NCBI GenBank assembly: GCA_000165345.1
Contig: CM000432.1
Coordinates: 704,001-768,000, forward strand
Direction of reading: 5' to 3'
Length of the DNA stretch: 64,000 bases
Below, piece by piece: positions 41,604 to 52,526 of this stretch; within the stretch, counting starts at the first letter, position 1; each line of letters begins with the position of its first letter. The position numbers and the translations under genes were made by a program. The notes below the pieces were generated by a model. It had not been told where the DNA came from. It was given only the letters and a program-made list of their open reading frames with translations, and made no database searches.

Positions 41604-44117
41604 CTATGCTAAGTATAAGAGCTTTTCCGGGTCGTCTTGATCATTTTCAAGATACTCTCTTTCTATTAAATATTTAATTTTGTCGATTATCATTATTTCA
41701 GAGGGTTTATATTCGCATAGTTGGGATGAGACATGGGCAATGATATCGCTTCTTGTCATTTGTCCTTTAATTTTCATAATTTTAACAATTGCTGCTTCTA
41801 TGGCATGGCTTTTGTCGTATTCAGTACGATTCTTTCGAGTTGTTTCTGTTTGATGTGGTAATTTAATAATTATTGGAGATATGACATCGGTTGAAACAAA
41901 CTCAAAATTCACTTCAAATACTGGATTGTCTGGGGAAATTTGGGTGTTATTGACAAATTTCAAAATTCCTACGTCAGAATATAAAGGTTTTATATGTTTT
42001 AATATGATGGACTTTTCTGTATTTAGTAAGCTTTGAAGCTCAAGTAAAGATAAGCTGATAAAATCATTGAATTGTAGCAGAATACATGCTTGGTACGTAT
42101 TACAATGTATTTCAAAGAATTTAAATGTTCCATTTGGCGTTGGCAGCTTGTAGTCTAAAACACATTCCCCATACCAATATATCCAAGTGAGCTTTCTGTG
42201 GCTAGTTTCTAAGGAATAAAATGTTTCAAAATCGCTTATACAGTTTTTTAGGTTAGTTGGCAGGTTTATGTTTGAGGAGTCTAATGTAGGCCAATTCGAA
42301 CTTGTCAAAATATTAACGGCAAAGTCAACTTTCGTAGGAATTAGAGCCTTAACAATTTGTAAACCCAAATCAGATATTTTGTTGTCTTTTATTTCAAACT
42401 CTTTATTTTCTATTTCACCTTTTTTAATGTCTCTTAAGTACTCTTTGAATTTATTATTCAAATTTCGAGTCATTCGAATATCCGTAATCATCCCTTCTAA
42501 CTTGGATGTGAACCCAGCTCCACATTTGCTTTTAAGTAAAGATATAATATACAGCTCATTTTTTTCTAAGGATAAGTGATATTGAAGAAGCCTTTTTGCA
42601 AGTAGAAACTTGTAAATTTGAAGAAAGTAATCTTGAAAGTGGATGTAGGAAAAAATTTCCACAAGTTTTCCAGCTAATACAGCAAATTGATTGTTAGACA
42701 GGAAAGCGTTGAAATCGTTCCCAATCTCAGAGTAGCTGTTTTTTAATAATAAGTCGCAATAAAAACAAACAAGTTTTGCCTGGTTTTGGCAACCAACTTC
42801 TAAATTAACAATTACTTCAAAAGACTCACGAATTGTCTTTTGAACTGCAGTATCATTATCAAAACAGTTTTCCAATAAGTATATTGAATGATCAAAAAGA
42901 GAAATAATCGTTTGCACGAATAAGGTTTCGTATTTCATATTCATAAAAGGAACAATAATTGATTTTCCAAGCATCCAAGGCCAATTTTCGGCTAAATTAT
43001 GCGTAGATTGGATTTGGTCAAAAGTTTCTTCATTATCAATCTCAATATCTTCAGCAAAATGAATTGACTCCGAGAATTTATTAATTACCAATTGGCCACA
43101 CTCAGTTAGGTAGTGCTTAAATTGAGTATTTAATGCATGCATTCCATGATGAATTGTAGAAAAGTGTCTAAACAATAATTTTAGTTGCTCGAATTCATTG
43201 TCTAAAAACATCTTCTTAATAGAGCTAGAATTTGAAAGAATCGCTTTCATTTCATCTGCAAGTAATATTTGAGTTAATGATTTTTGTATTTTTTTCCTCG
43301 TAGAATTAAATAAACACAATTCGCATAGCTTATTCTCAAAATTAACAATGCCATCCACGCGAGATAAGTATTCTAATAATTTGTCATTCCTAACCCATTT
43401 GGGTGCAAGACTCCCATAGTAAGAGTTTAAGCGATTAATAACGATATTTTCTATCTCATTTTCGTATATTTCTGGGATTTTGCTCTTCTCGCTCATTTCC
43501 AAACACACATTCACAACTCCTTTCATAAGTTCACTGTCAATATCTTTGGTTCCAAGCCTGTACTCCTGAATAGAATTACTGAATGAAAGTGAAATACTCT
43601 CTTTGAATTCCAAATATATAGTTTCATAAAATATAGTGATTCCTTTTAGCATTAGACTTCCTTCTCCTGCAATCTTAATGTGATATTTGTTCAAGTAACC
43701 AAAAAAGCGTTCCATCCAGTGCGTATAAATTAAGTGGTTACTCCATGAAAGCCGGAATTCAAACAGTAGCCCAGATCCTGTAGAATTTTTCAATTTACTA
43801 ATAACGTTTTCTTTCAAAAAATTCTCAATAGTTTCAGAATATTTGGTAAATAACTGCCTACTCCAATTTCTAGGATTTTGGGTGCACATATTATAAATTA
43901 AAGTATAGATTTTTGAATAATCTTTGGCAGTAAATAAGTTCTTTACTGTATCATTAATCTGGGTCCTATTTAGCAAATATGTTTCCAAAGGCTCGATAGC
44001 TTCTCTTTTAATTTGGGCCCATCCCTCCTCAAACCCAATGTTTTTATCCGAATCTGTGCATTCTCTATTGAGTGATTCCGACATAATTATTTGAACAATA
44101 TAATGAGTACAGAACAA
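41604..44117 (-). CDS. cullin family protein (SCF-type E3 scaffold)
   Basis: 837 aa with a C-terminal cullin-homology/neddylation region (RKNRTEYDKSHAIEAAIVKIMKIKGQMTRSDIIAHV...IDKIKYLIEREYLENDQDDPEKLLYLA). Compare the cullin consensus IDAAIVRIMK...IE.LI.REYLERD...Y.YLA. Confidence 0.8.
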   Translation of the reverse strand: MFCTHYIVQIIMSESLNRECTDSDKNIGFEEGWAQIKREAIEPLETYLLNRTQINDTVKNLFTAKDYSKIYTLIYNMCTQNPRNWSRQLFTKYSETIENFLKENVISKLKNSTGSGLLFEFRLSWSNHLIYTHWMERFFGYLNKYHIKIAGEGSLMLKGITIFYETIYLEFKESISLSFSNSIQEYRLGTKDIDSELMKGVVNVCLEMSEKSKIPEIYENEIENIVINRLNSYYGSLAPKWVRNDKLLEYLSRVDGIVNFENKLCELCLFNSTRKKIQKSLTQILLADEMKAILSNSSSIKKMFLDNEFEQLKLLFRHFSTIHHGMHALNTQFKHYLTECGQLVINKFSESIHFAEDIEIDNEETFDQIQSTHNLAENWPWMLGKSIIVPFMNMKYETLFVQTIISLFDHSIYLLENCFDNDTAVQKTIRESFEVIVNLEVGCQNQAKLVCFYCDLLLKNSYSEIGNDFNAFLSNNQFAVLAGKLVEIFSYIHFQDYFLQIYKFLLAKRLLQYHLSLEKNELYIISLLKSKCGAGFTSKLEGMITDIRMTRNLNNKFKEYLRDIKKGEIENKEFEIKDNKISDLGLQIVKALIPTKVDFAVNILTSSNWPTLDSSNINLPTNLKNCISDFETFYSLETSHRKLTWIYWYGECVLDYKLPTPNGTFKFFEIHCNTYQACILLQFNDFISLSLLELQSLLNTEKSIILKHIKPLYSDVGILKFVNNTQISPDNPVFEVNFEFVSTDVISPIIIKLPHQTETTRKNRTEYDKSHAIEAAIVKIMKIKGQMTRSDIIAHVSSQLCEYKPSEIMIIDKIKYLIEREYLENDQDDPEKLLYLA

Positions 44118-44705
44118 TTCTCATCTCCGCTCATTCGGCCATAACAGCCATTCTCGTTATTTTTAACAATTCGGAAAAACTATCGATTTTTTACTTGTAT
44201 TTTGTGAGAGGCGGGAATTTTAAAAAATAATATTTTTTTTTGACAGTTAAGAACACGTAACTTTTTCCTGATTATGAATATAAAGAAATAACATTTTTTT
44301 TTTAAGTTTAAAATAAAAGTACTTTAGAAAATGAATAAGCTGATAGATTATATTTCTACGCAAAAATACTATTTATACCAATACCTAAAATAGTTGCAAT
44401 TGCCCTGTAAATTTTCCGCATTCAAAAGTAAAATAAAGGAAATTAATAATAGATTTGTAATATTTCTTAAATATACTTGAGAGAAAAAAATTAGGAAATG
44501 GTAAAAATTTCACATTCGGCAGATATTTCCAAGCGGTATATTATTTACAAAGAAATTGCATGGCCAAAATTTATCTAACATTTTTTAGATAATTTAATCT
44601 CTAATTAATTAAGAATAAAATGCAAATTATTAAACTATTATATAATTATTGATAAATTAACTTTATTGCTCCCCACAAATGAAAATATATTTAGAGAGAC
44701 AGCGA

Positions 44706-44714
44706 TTTGGCGCC
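44706..44714. promoter_or_regulatory. E2F-like motif TTTGGCGCC about 150 bp upstream of RPS3A
   Basis: Exact match to TTTSGCGC plus a palindromic GGCGCC core. Confidence 0.4.
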
Positions 44715-44860
44715 GCATCTGCGTCTCTCATCAACACCTGGGACGAGTATAGTTAAAATGGTCAAGGTACGGCGTCTCAAAGCGCAAAAGCAACATTAAC
44801 AATAAAAGAAAAAAAGAGCTTGCTGCTTTCTTTTTTTATTAATTTCAATTAACATCGAAT

Positions 44861-45649
44861 ATGGCAATTGGTAAGAATAAGCGAATTTCTAAGGGTAGAA
44901 AGGGAGGACGTAAGAAAATTATTGATCCTTTGTCACGTAAGGAGTTTTACGACTTACGTGCCCCAAGTACCTTTAAAGTACGTAACTTCGGTACCACTAT
45001 TGCTTCCAAAAATCAAGGTACAAAGTTAGCAGTTGATGCTCTTAGACACAGAGTATATGAAGTGAGCTTGGCTGACTTAAACAACGATGAGGATCAGGCA
45101 TTCAGAAAGATTAAGTTGCAATGCGAGGATATTCAAGGAAGAACTTGCCTTACTGAATTCCATGGAATGGATATGACTAGGGACAAGCTCTGCTCCTTAA
45201 TTAGAAAGTACCAGACACTTATTGAAGCTCACTGCAACGTTAAAACTTCTGATGGTTATGTATTGAGATTGTTCTGTATCGCATTCACAAGAAGAATGGC
45301 GGACCAAGTAAAATCGACTTGCTATGCCCAGACTTCTCAAATTAGACAAATTAGAAAGAAGATGGTGGAGATTATCACAGCAGAGGCAGAAGGTACAACT
45401 CTACGTGATTTGGTAAAGAAATTCATCCCAGAGTCAATAGGTAAGGAGATTGAAAAGGCATGTAGGCACATTTTCCCATTACAACATGTATTTATTCGTA
45501 AGGTTAAGGTATTATCAAAGCCATCGTTTGATGTGTCTCGTCTTATGGAAAGCCATGTTGGTGCTGATGGTGTTGAAGAAAAAGGTACTAAGGTTGTTTC
45601 CGAATCAAACCAAGCAACCAATTTATTGACTGCTGAGATGAAGGCATAA
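44861..45649 (+). CDS. RPS3A: 40S ribosomal protein S3a (eS1)
   Basis: 262 aa: [46 protein letters not shown]..., collinear with eS1 throughout. Confidence 0.9.
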   Translation: MAIGKNKRISKGRKGGRKKIIDPLSRKEFYDLRAPSTFKVRNFGTTIASKNQGTKLAVDALRHRVYEVSLADLNNDEDQAFRKIKLQCEDIQGRTCLTEFHGMDMTRDKLCSLIRKYQTLIEAHCNVKTSDGYVLRLFCIAFTRRMADQVKSTCYAQTSQIRQIRKKMVEIITAEAEGTTLRDLVKKFIPESIGKEIEKACRHIFPLQHVFIRKVKVLSKPSFDVSRLMESHVGADGVEEKGTKVVSESNQATNLLTAEMKA

Positions 45650-46114
45650 CTTTAAACTTTTCGATTTCATAGATATTATTAGGGATTATCTTCACATTTA
45701 AGTGATCAATTTCAAATTTGTATGTTCTCCTGATTTTTGCTTCTATTGCGTACGCGATTTCTGTTAGTGCATTGCAGAATTTGAAGTTCCTTTCAGAGTT
45801 CTTTGGAAGAGAAACGGACTTAATGAATAGTTATTTGATGCCAGAAAGGTCAATTGGAATAGCTTTTTTCTTTCTCCAAACACTTAGCACTTTGCCATAC
45901 AAGAGAGTTATTTTGTAGTAGATGCTAGCTAAAGTATTGCTCAAGGGTGAATTACTAATCTTTATAAGCTATTATTTCACAAAATAGTCTAAAGATTTGT
46001 TTGATTTCTTCGCTTATCCCGCTGTTAATTTTTTATCCAATTAATTTTTTTTAATAGGCAAATTAGTCTACAACTTAGCAGGCGGAAGAAATTAGTCGCA
46101 AATCAAATATTAAA

Positions 46115-46718
46115 ATGGGAGAGCCTTCTGAGAATAAACCCCAAAGCTTGCCAAATAATTTATTTCTAAATGATAACTTAAAGTTTGACAAATTGGATTT
46201 GGATGTAACAAAATTTAGAAGAAAGCAAGATTTATACTTTAACTCTTATGACAGGCTTTGGGGGGAAAAGGTAACTTATAGTGTGGGTCTATCTTATGGG
46301 ACAGGTATGCTTTCTCCCTGTTTTTTTATTAAGCAAATAATTATGATTTAATTAGGTTTTTGTTTGGGCTCTACATATGGGCTAATTAATGCAATGAAAA
46401 GGCCTGCACTTACACCTAAGCTTAAAATAAATTCAATCCTCAATGAGTGTGCATCTAGTAGTGCAAAAATTGCAAATCCACTTTCTATTATTAGTAAGTC
46501 CTCACGATATTGATGCGCCAGCGAGCATTGTAATTCACATAGCTTTATTCTATTGTGGGTTTTATAGAGCAACAAAAGCTATTAGGAAAAAAGATGATTC
46601 CCTAAATTCTATAATTTCTGGAGCTTTGTCCGGAGCACTATACAAGTCAGCGTCCTCAAAACGAGTTTTGGGAAGATATACACTAATCTCAGCAGGTAAG
46701 TTTGCGATAAAGAAGTAA
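46115..46718 (+). CDS. Tim17/Tim22/Tim23-family preprotein translocase subunit (closest to Tim23), three exons: join(46115..46304,46356..46493,46543..46718), about 167 aa
   Basis: Exon 1 ends ACAG|GTATGC with a 51-nt intron to TTAG. Exon 2 encodes GFCLGSTYGLINAMKRPALTPKLKINSILNECASSSAKIANPLSII. Donor A|GTAAGT starts a 49-nt intron to CATAG. Exon 3 encodes LFYCGFYRATKAIRKKDDSLNSIISGALSGALYKSASSKRVLGRYTLISAGKFAIKK. Phases are 1/1 at both junctions. SYGTG and GALSGALYKSAS parallel Tim23 CYGTG and GALTGALFKSSKG. A 50-aa N-terminal extension is Tim23-like. Confidence 0.7.
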
Positions 46719-46841
46719 TTTAGAGAGTTTTATTAATTTATGAAAAAAAAATTAAAAATGAAAAAAATATAGTTGCTTTTACTCTTATTGACCAAGTAAT
46801 ACGTTATAGTGAAAAATTATAGTCTATATCAATCTTTACGA

Positions 46842-48167
46842 TTATTTCTTTTTGTTACGATTTTTTAGTTTTCTATGACCAACTAGTGCTGTTTTTTCAT
46901 TAGAATCATTAAGTTCTGCATCAACAGTTCTTAGAGAGTCAACAACCTTTGCATGAATTGCCATTACTTCTTCTCTTTGTAAAGAAGTATACTCATCAAG
47001 TTTTCTATTTAGCGCAAATTCAATCCTCTGGAAAGTCTCAACGTCATATTGGGTAACCATAGAAATAGCTCTACCGCTCCTACCTGCTCTTGCAGTACGC
47101 CCAACACGATGTACATAATCCTTACTTGATGTCGGGATATCGAAGTTAATAACGAAGTCAACGTGTGGAATATCCAAACCTCTGCTTCCTACTTCTGTAG
47201 TAAACAATAACCTCTTTTGTTTTCCTTTGAAGAGATTCAATGCTGATAGACGTTGAGACTGCGACATTCTACCATGCAAACTAATGCTGTTAAATCCAAG
47301 TTCCTTTGCAAGCAAATCTCCTCTTCTACAATTGATACAAGTATTACAGAATATAATTCCAGTATATTGGCCCAAATTTTGGAGCATTCCAATAAAATAA
47401 CTCCATTTATACTTAAATGGTATAAACATATAATATTGCATTAAATTAGCAGCGGTATCATATTTTGTGTTTACACAAATTTTAATTGGATTTGATAATG
47501 AAATCTTCTGAAGTTTAGCGACCTTTGTTGTCATTGTTGCTGAAAATAAATAAGTAGTTCTATTTCTTGGGGACGATTCTACGATTTTATTCAATGCAAT
47601 TTCAAAATCCATAGATAACAATCTATCAGCCTCATCCATAACTAAGAACTTGATCCCCCCAATATTAAAACCCTTAGTGTTTTCTAAATGGTCAACTAAT
47701 CTTCCAGGGGATGCAACAATAATATGAGGTTTTTTTGCTAATGAAAGGGATTGCATAACCATATCAAGCCCTCCAACCAATGTTGCAATTTTCAAAGAGA
47801 TTAAAGAACCGAATGCAGAAAATTGTTCAGAAATCTGAACGCAAAGTTCTCTTGTTGGAGCTAATATAACAGCATACATTGGAACCTGATCATCAAGCAA
47901 TCTTTGCAATATTGGGATAATAAACGATCCAGTTTTGCCAGAACCTGTCTCTGCAAGTCCAATAATATCCCTTCCTTCAAGAGCTACTGGGATAGTCTTT
48001 TTTTGTATTTCTGTTGGAGTTTTCCAGCCTAAGGATTCACATGCAATACAAAGTTCTTTACAGACTCCTAGGGAAGCAAATGTTACGCTTTCCGAACTTT
48101 CTTCTTCAACATGTTCCGCTATTTTTGAAACATGACTTTCTAAAAACTCTGTACTTTTATTCTTCAT
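46842..48167 (-). CDS. DEAD-box ATP-dependent RNA helicase DDX47/Rrp3-like
   Basis: FASLGVCKELCIACESLGWKTPTEIQKKTIPVALEGRDIIGLAETGSGKTGSFIIPILQRLL parallels Rrp3/DDX47. Also DEADRLLSMDF, SAT, HRVGRTARAGRSGRAIS. Basic C-terminal tail. Confidence 0.85.
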   Translation of the reverse strand: MKNKSTEFLESHVSKIAEHVEEESSESVTFASLGVCKELCIACESLGWKTPTEIQKKTIPVALEGRDIIGLAETGSGKTGSFIIPILQRLLDDQVPMYAVILAPTRELCVQISEQFSAFGSLISLKIATLVGGLDMVMQSLSLAKKPHIIVASPGRLVDHLENTKGFNIGGIKFLVMDEADRLLSMDFEIALNKIVESSPRNRTTYLFSATMTTKVAKLQKISLSNPIKICVNTKYDTAANLMQYYMFIPFKYKWSYFIGMLQNLGQYTGIIFCNTCINCRRGDLLAKELGFNSISLHGRMSQSQRLSALNLFKGKQKRLLFTTEVGSRGLDIPHVDFVINFDIPTSSKDYVHRVGRTARAGRSGRAISMVTQYDVETFQRIEFALNRKLDEYTSLQREEVMAIHAKVVDSLRTVDAELNDSNEKTALVGHRKLKNRNKKK

Positions 48168-48724
48168 TTCTACTCTTGTAGCTTATTTAATAAAATACAG
48201 TCGCATCAAAATCCAATTATTTGTCAAAAATATAATGTGAAGATAGCGTTTCTCAGTTTAATAAATTTTGGAAGTAGGGTTATTTGCCTTAAGTTATACC
48301 TTTTGAATCTTTTATTTCTTGAAAACGCAAATCCATAAAGTAGAAATTATACTCTTTTCCCTTAATAATAGTCAAATTTGATTCTTCGGTACACCGCCAA
48401 CACGCATCGGTCTCGAAGCTTATTATTATTGGTTAAGATCAGATTTAAGAGAAGCTAGGCAATAATATATTTAGAATATTAAAAATTTTAAAGGAAATAA
48501 TGTTAATGAGGGGAAGACTGGTATAATAAAAGCTAAAATTTTGAAATTAAAACTGAAAGATTTCAAATTCATATTTGCATTTTAAATGTAGTTGAAAGAG
48601 TAGCAAAATTTCAAATTTACCATATTTGAGAGTAATATATTTATAGACAATTATCGCTTATTAAGGTATTATTAAATTTTTTACCTATATAGTAATACTG
48701 AGATATTTATTAATATAAAAATTA

Positions 48725-49045
48725 ATGACTGAAGATTCCAATATTGAATCGCAAACTACAAAAAAAGATAACCCCAGCGAAGGGCCTCTAAGCTTATTAA
48801 CAGAATGTGTAAAAACAAATACACAAATTCTTGTTAATTGTAGAAATAATAGAAAGATTTTAGGGAGAGTTAAAGCATTTGACCGACATTGTAATTTACT
48901 TCTTACAGATGCAAGAGAAATATGGACGGAGTCCATGAAGTCCGGTAAAAAAGGATCTGCTAAATATATCAACAAAGATAGGTTTATTTCTAAATTATTC
49001 GTGAGGGGAGACTCTGTTATTTTAATTTTAAAGAGTCCGAACTGA
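48725..49045 (+). CDS. SNRPD2: small nuclear ribonucleoprotein Sm D2
   Basis: 106 aa: [50 protein letters not shown]...[19 protein letters not shown] is collinear with human SmD2 ([50 protein letters not shown]...KDRYISKMFLRGDSVIVVL). Confidence 0.85.
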   Translation: MTEDSNIESQTTKKDNPSEGPLSLLTECVKTNTQILVNCRNNRKILGRVKAFDRHCNLLLTDAREIWTESMKSGKKGSAKYINKDRFISKLFVRGDSVILILKSPN

Positions 49046-49167
49046 CTAATTAATTAACTAGTATCATTATATAGCTTTTCGCATTGTTGAATAGTACTTT
49101 AATTTTATGTTTAATAGTGAATCATTTTCTAGATTGAAATTGATTTTACAATATATTGAGTTGTTAA

Positions 49168-49584
49168 TTAAGCAGTTTGATATTGATCTAGGACTAAGTT
49201 AATGCAGCCTTGTTCTTCTTCGTTATGTGAGTCAAATTCTTCCTCTGATTTAAATGATTTTTGGTTTTCAACCATTAATCTTTCAATAGTAGAATTAACT
49301 TGAAATTCAACATTGTCGTGCATAGTATTAATCTTTGTATTTAGAACATTTGAAAGTTCGTTTACATTTTTGTAGTAGCTTTAGAGATGATTAATTAAGT
49401 TCATTGCAAATTTCACTCAAACTTACCTAATTATATGACCTTCAAGCTCACTTTGTTTTTTTGGGTCAACTTTTGAAATAATGTTAACTGTTTCCTTAAG
49501 TTCATTCAAGATATTTATAAGTAAATTTTGGGTTTTTTCTAGGAATTCTGCTGGCCCTTCCAAAATATCCTTCTCTATTTCCAT
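49168..49584 (-). CDS. small coiled-coil protein (about 122 aa), two exons: complement(join(49168..49378,49427..49584)); function unknown
   Basis: ATG at 49584. Exon 1 (MEIEKDILEGPAEFLEKTQNLLINILNELKETVNIISKVDPKKQSELEGHII) ends TTAG|GTAAGT with a 48-nt intron to AAAG (49380-49379). Exon 2 continues in phase 2 (SYYKNVNELSNVLNTKINTMHDNVEFQVNSTIERLMVENQKSFKSEEEFDSHNEEEQGCINLVLDQYQTA) to TAA at 49170-49168. Missed by the ORF track because each exon is under 60 codons. Confidence 0.5.
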
Positions 49585-49618
49585 ATTTCATTACTGATCC
49601 AAAGATAAAATGCGATTC

Positions 49619-49656
49619 TTTTTTTTTTTTTTTTGAAGTTGAAGGCGCCTATAAAT
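49619..49656. promoter_or_regulatory. bidirectional promoter elements: T16 tract, GGCGCC (E2F-like) immediately followed by TATAAAT
   Basis: tttttttttttttttt (49619-49634), gaaGGCGCCTATAAATgc (49644-49656). About 60 bp upstream of the minus-strand coiled-coil gene ATG and about 310 bp upstream of the AC19 ATG. Confidence 0.4.
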
Positions 49657-49965
49657 GCATCTAATTAAGATTACCAATGCAGAGGTATGTTTTGAAGAAT
49701 AAAGTTTAAAGAAAGAGAAGACCAAAGAAGCAGAATAACAGTGGTTTTAGAAGTGCAACATGTCTAGCGGCGTATGGCCAGTTTGACGACTAAATTTATT
49801 TATTTTTTATTTTATAAAATTTAAGTGGCGCTAATTGTACTATCTTTTTTACATAAAGGATAAATTTTTAGGGTGGAAAAACGATAAGAATATTAAGATT
49901 TTATTTTCACTATAATAAGATTATCGAATTATACTATTATTTAAATAGGCTCTTATTTATTACGA

Positions 49966-50497
49966 TTGCCCAAGAAAATGGAAGATGTTAGTATGAAAGA
50001 AGAAACTGAACATGGAAACAACTCTGTTAATTTGGCTTCCAAAAATGAAATGTTAAGCAACCTTGAAGGACCTAATTTGACATTTCAAATACATGAAGAG
50101 GATCATACATTAGGTAAGCTAATATTAATTTGTTTACATATAACTTTTTATCCTTAACCAACATATAATATTTTTAGGTAATGCATTACGTCACTTGGCG
50201 ATGCTGAACCCAAACACAACATTTGCAGGTTATGCAATTCCACATCCATCTATTTCCACAATGAATTTGAGAATAGAGACTATATCTAATGTTGAAGTTG
50301 ATAATAAGAACTATAATCTGGATTTGAAGGCTGCGCCCAGCCCAAGTCTAGACAAAAAAAGCAGCTCAAAAAAGCAAAGTAGCAAGGTAGGAGCTACTCA
50401 AATCCTTTTAAAGGCATGCGATGATCTGAACTTAATATGTAACAAAATTGAAGATAAATTCGATAAGGCAGTGCAAGTTCATCTCTCGAGTAACTAA
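49966..50497 (+). CDS. RPC19: RNA polymerase I/III subunit AC19 (RPAC2/POLR1D, Rpb11-like dimerisation fold), two exons: join(49966..50113,50178..50497), about 155 aa
   Basis: Exon 1 ends ...FQIHEEDHTLG with donor G|GTAAGC and a 64-nt intron to TTTTTAG. Exon 2 continues NALRHLAMLNPNTTFAGYAIPHPS...MNLRIETI...ATQILLKACDDLNLICNKIEDKFDKAV. This is collinear with yeast Rpc19 [35 protein letters not shown]...LDLCDVVESKFTEKI. A K/S-rich insertion precedes the C-terminal helix. Confidence 0.75.
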
Positions 50498-50740
50498 TAA
50501 CACAAGCTTTTCTAAAACTTATTATATCGAAGTTAAACTAATATATGGGAAGTAAAAAAAAACAAATATTCTTAGACGAATTTAAATATATTTAATATTA
50601 TAACTCAGTGTATTAACATTTTACTAATATTAATTATGTTTTATTTTTTTTACTAAAATATTACATGAAAGATGTTTTTTTTTAACTCCCGCCTTCATTT
50701 ATGATAAATTACTTTCAATGAAATTTAATTAAGTCGATAA

Positions 50741-51418
50741 ATGAATAGATTAGTGAATCAAATAACAGCAACTAGCATTCCAGAAACAATTGAATGTGAC
50801 TTATCAAAGAAGAAAGACGGCAAATTTTTTATATTAGAGTCAAAAAATGATATTTCAAGTGCCAAGGAGCTATATAAAGGGTTTAGAAATGGCTTGAGAT
50901 CAAACTGCAATATTCAAAATCATTTACATTTTGAAAATAGACTAAAAGACCTTGTTCTTCGGATATCTTCTGATCAAGATTTCACTTTGAATGATGATCA
51001 AGATCTTGACGATGATGTAACCTGTTTAAGCGTTCAATCAAAAGAAGATATTATGCAGATACTAGAAAAATCCAGAAAGTTAAACAAAGAAAACATTCAA
51101 GTTATAGATGGCGTGGAAATTCTTCTTTCAGGGCAAGGCGGAAGACCGTTTGCCAAGCTTGATAAGGATTTTAATACTCAGAAAGTCGAAACTAGAGAAT
51201 TTGAACCTGAACAAAGAGCTCAAATACTTCGAGAACTTGACAGCTTACTGATTTCAACTCTTAAATGTACAGCGGAAGTTGACCGTCTTAGCCAAATTAA
51301 CGCTAACTCCAATATCAACCACTGTCCAAATTCCTCCGTAAGCAGGAACATCAATGAGATGAGGAGCTTAATCACGGAACTCTACTTAAACTCATTCAAG
51401 GGAACACACAACCTATGA
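50741..51418 (+). CDS. hypothetical protein (225 aa)
   Basis: Uninterrupted ORF with local codon usage; no recognisable motif. Confidence 0.4.
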   Translation: MNRLVNQITATSIPETIECDLSKKKDGKFFILESKNDISSAKELYKGFRNGLRSNCNIQNHLHFENRLKDLVLRISSDQDFTLNDDQDLDDDVTCLSVQSKEDIMQILEKSRKLNKENIQVIDGVEILLSGQGGRPFAKLDKDFNTQKVETREFEPEQRAQILRELDSLLISTLKCTAEVDRLSQINANSNINHCPNSSVSRNINEMRSLITELYLNSFKGTHNL

Positions 51419-51497
51419 GTAGGAATTCAAACTAGAACAATTACCAATATTAATGTATAGATTACTTAATTTTCTTAATTCTATTTTACACTATTAT

Positions 51498-51513
51498 GGC
51501 GGCTAGTGCCGCC
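51498..51513. repeat. perfect GC-rich palindrome GGCGGC-TAGT-GCCGCC between two convergent 3' ends
   Basis: 16-nt 6-4-6 hairpin-capable palindrome in AT-rich context, located between the stop of the 50741..51418 gene and the stop of histone H3. Confidence 0.5.
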
Positions 51514-51698
51514 TGGAGAGCAGGCAAAATGCATGTGTTATAGTTAGGGAATGCCATTAGCAATTTGTAACATACTAAATGGCGACTGGAAAGCTTCGAT
51601 ATCAAAATTGCATGAATAGCAAATGCTCGCAATACTGGAAATCAAAATACTGAATTTCGAATACATTAAACACCACTAAGTAGCATCAGGGCTCAGAT

Positions 51699-52145
<447 letters not shown>

Positions 52146-52287
52146 TCAGGGACCTTGTCGACACAAAATGCAGGCAAGTGATTTTTTTAATTTCCTTTTA
52201 TCCTCAGTTTATTGCCAAAACTCCACACTTGTACTTTCAAGCATTATTTTACTATATCTCCACACTATTTAATTACTATCCACGCTT

Positions 52288-52373
52288 CCACATTAGCCCC
52301 GCCTAAATTTGATTTTATTTATTTTTATTTTTGTTGAATACTAATAAAGAGAAAATGTGGGGGCTAAATGTGG
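52288..52373. repeat. imperfect inverted repeat (CCACATTAGCCCC ... GGGGGCTAAATGTGG) around an AT-rich 58-bp spacer, 180-270 bp upstream of histone H3
   Basis: Left arm ccacattagcccc (52288-52300). Right arm gggggctaaatgtgg (52359-52373), whose reverse complement is ccacatttagccccc. Additional CTCCACAC copies lie to the left (52221-52228, 52258-52265) and GTGGG/GTGGGTGAGGG copies to the right (52385-52410). Confidence 0.5.
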
Positions 52374-52514
52374 CTAAGTGATAGTGGGTAAGTACTTATG
52401 TGGGTGAGGGTAGTAATAATTAATTTTTGTGAGGGGAGTATTTAATTTTATTCGAGTGAATCTTTGTGTCAACCCTTTTCTACGGACTTTTTATTCGGAT
52501 ACTTGTCGAGAACT

Positions 52515-52526
52515 TTAGGGTTTAGA
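52515..52526. other. telomere-like motif TTTAGGGTTTAG (interstitial)
   Basis: aactTTAGGGTTTAGaat. One of three copies of TTTAGGGTTTA(R) in intergenic DNA in this window. Confidence 0.4.
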
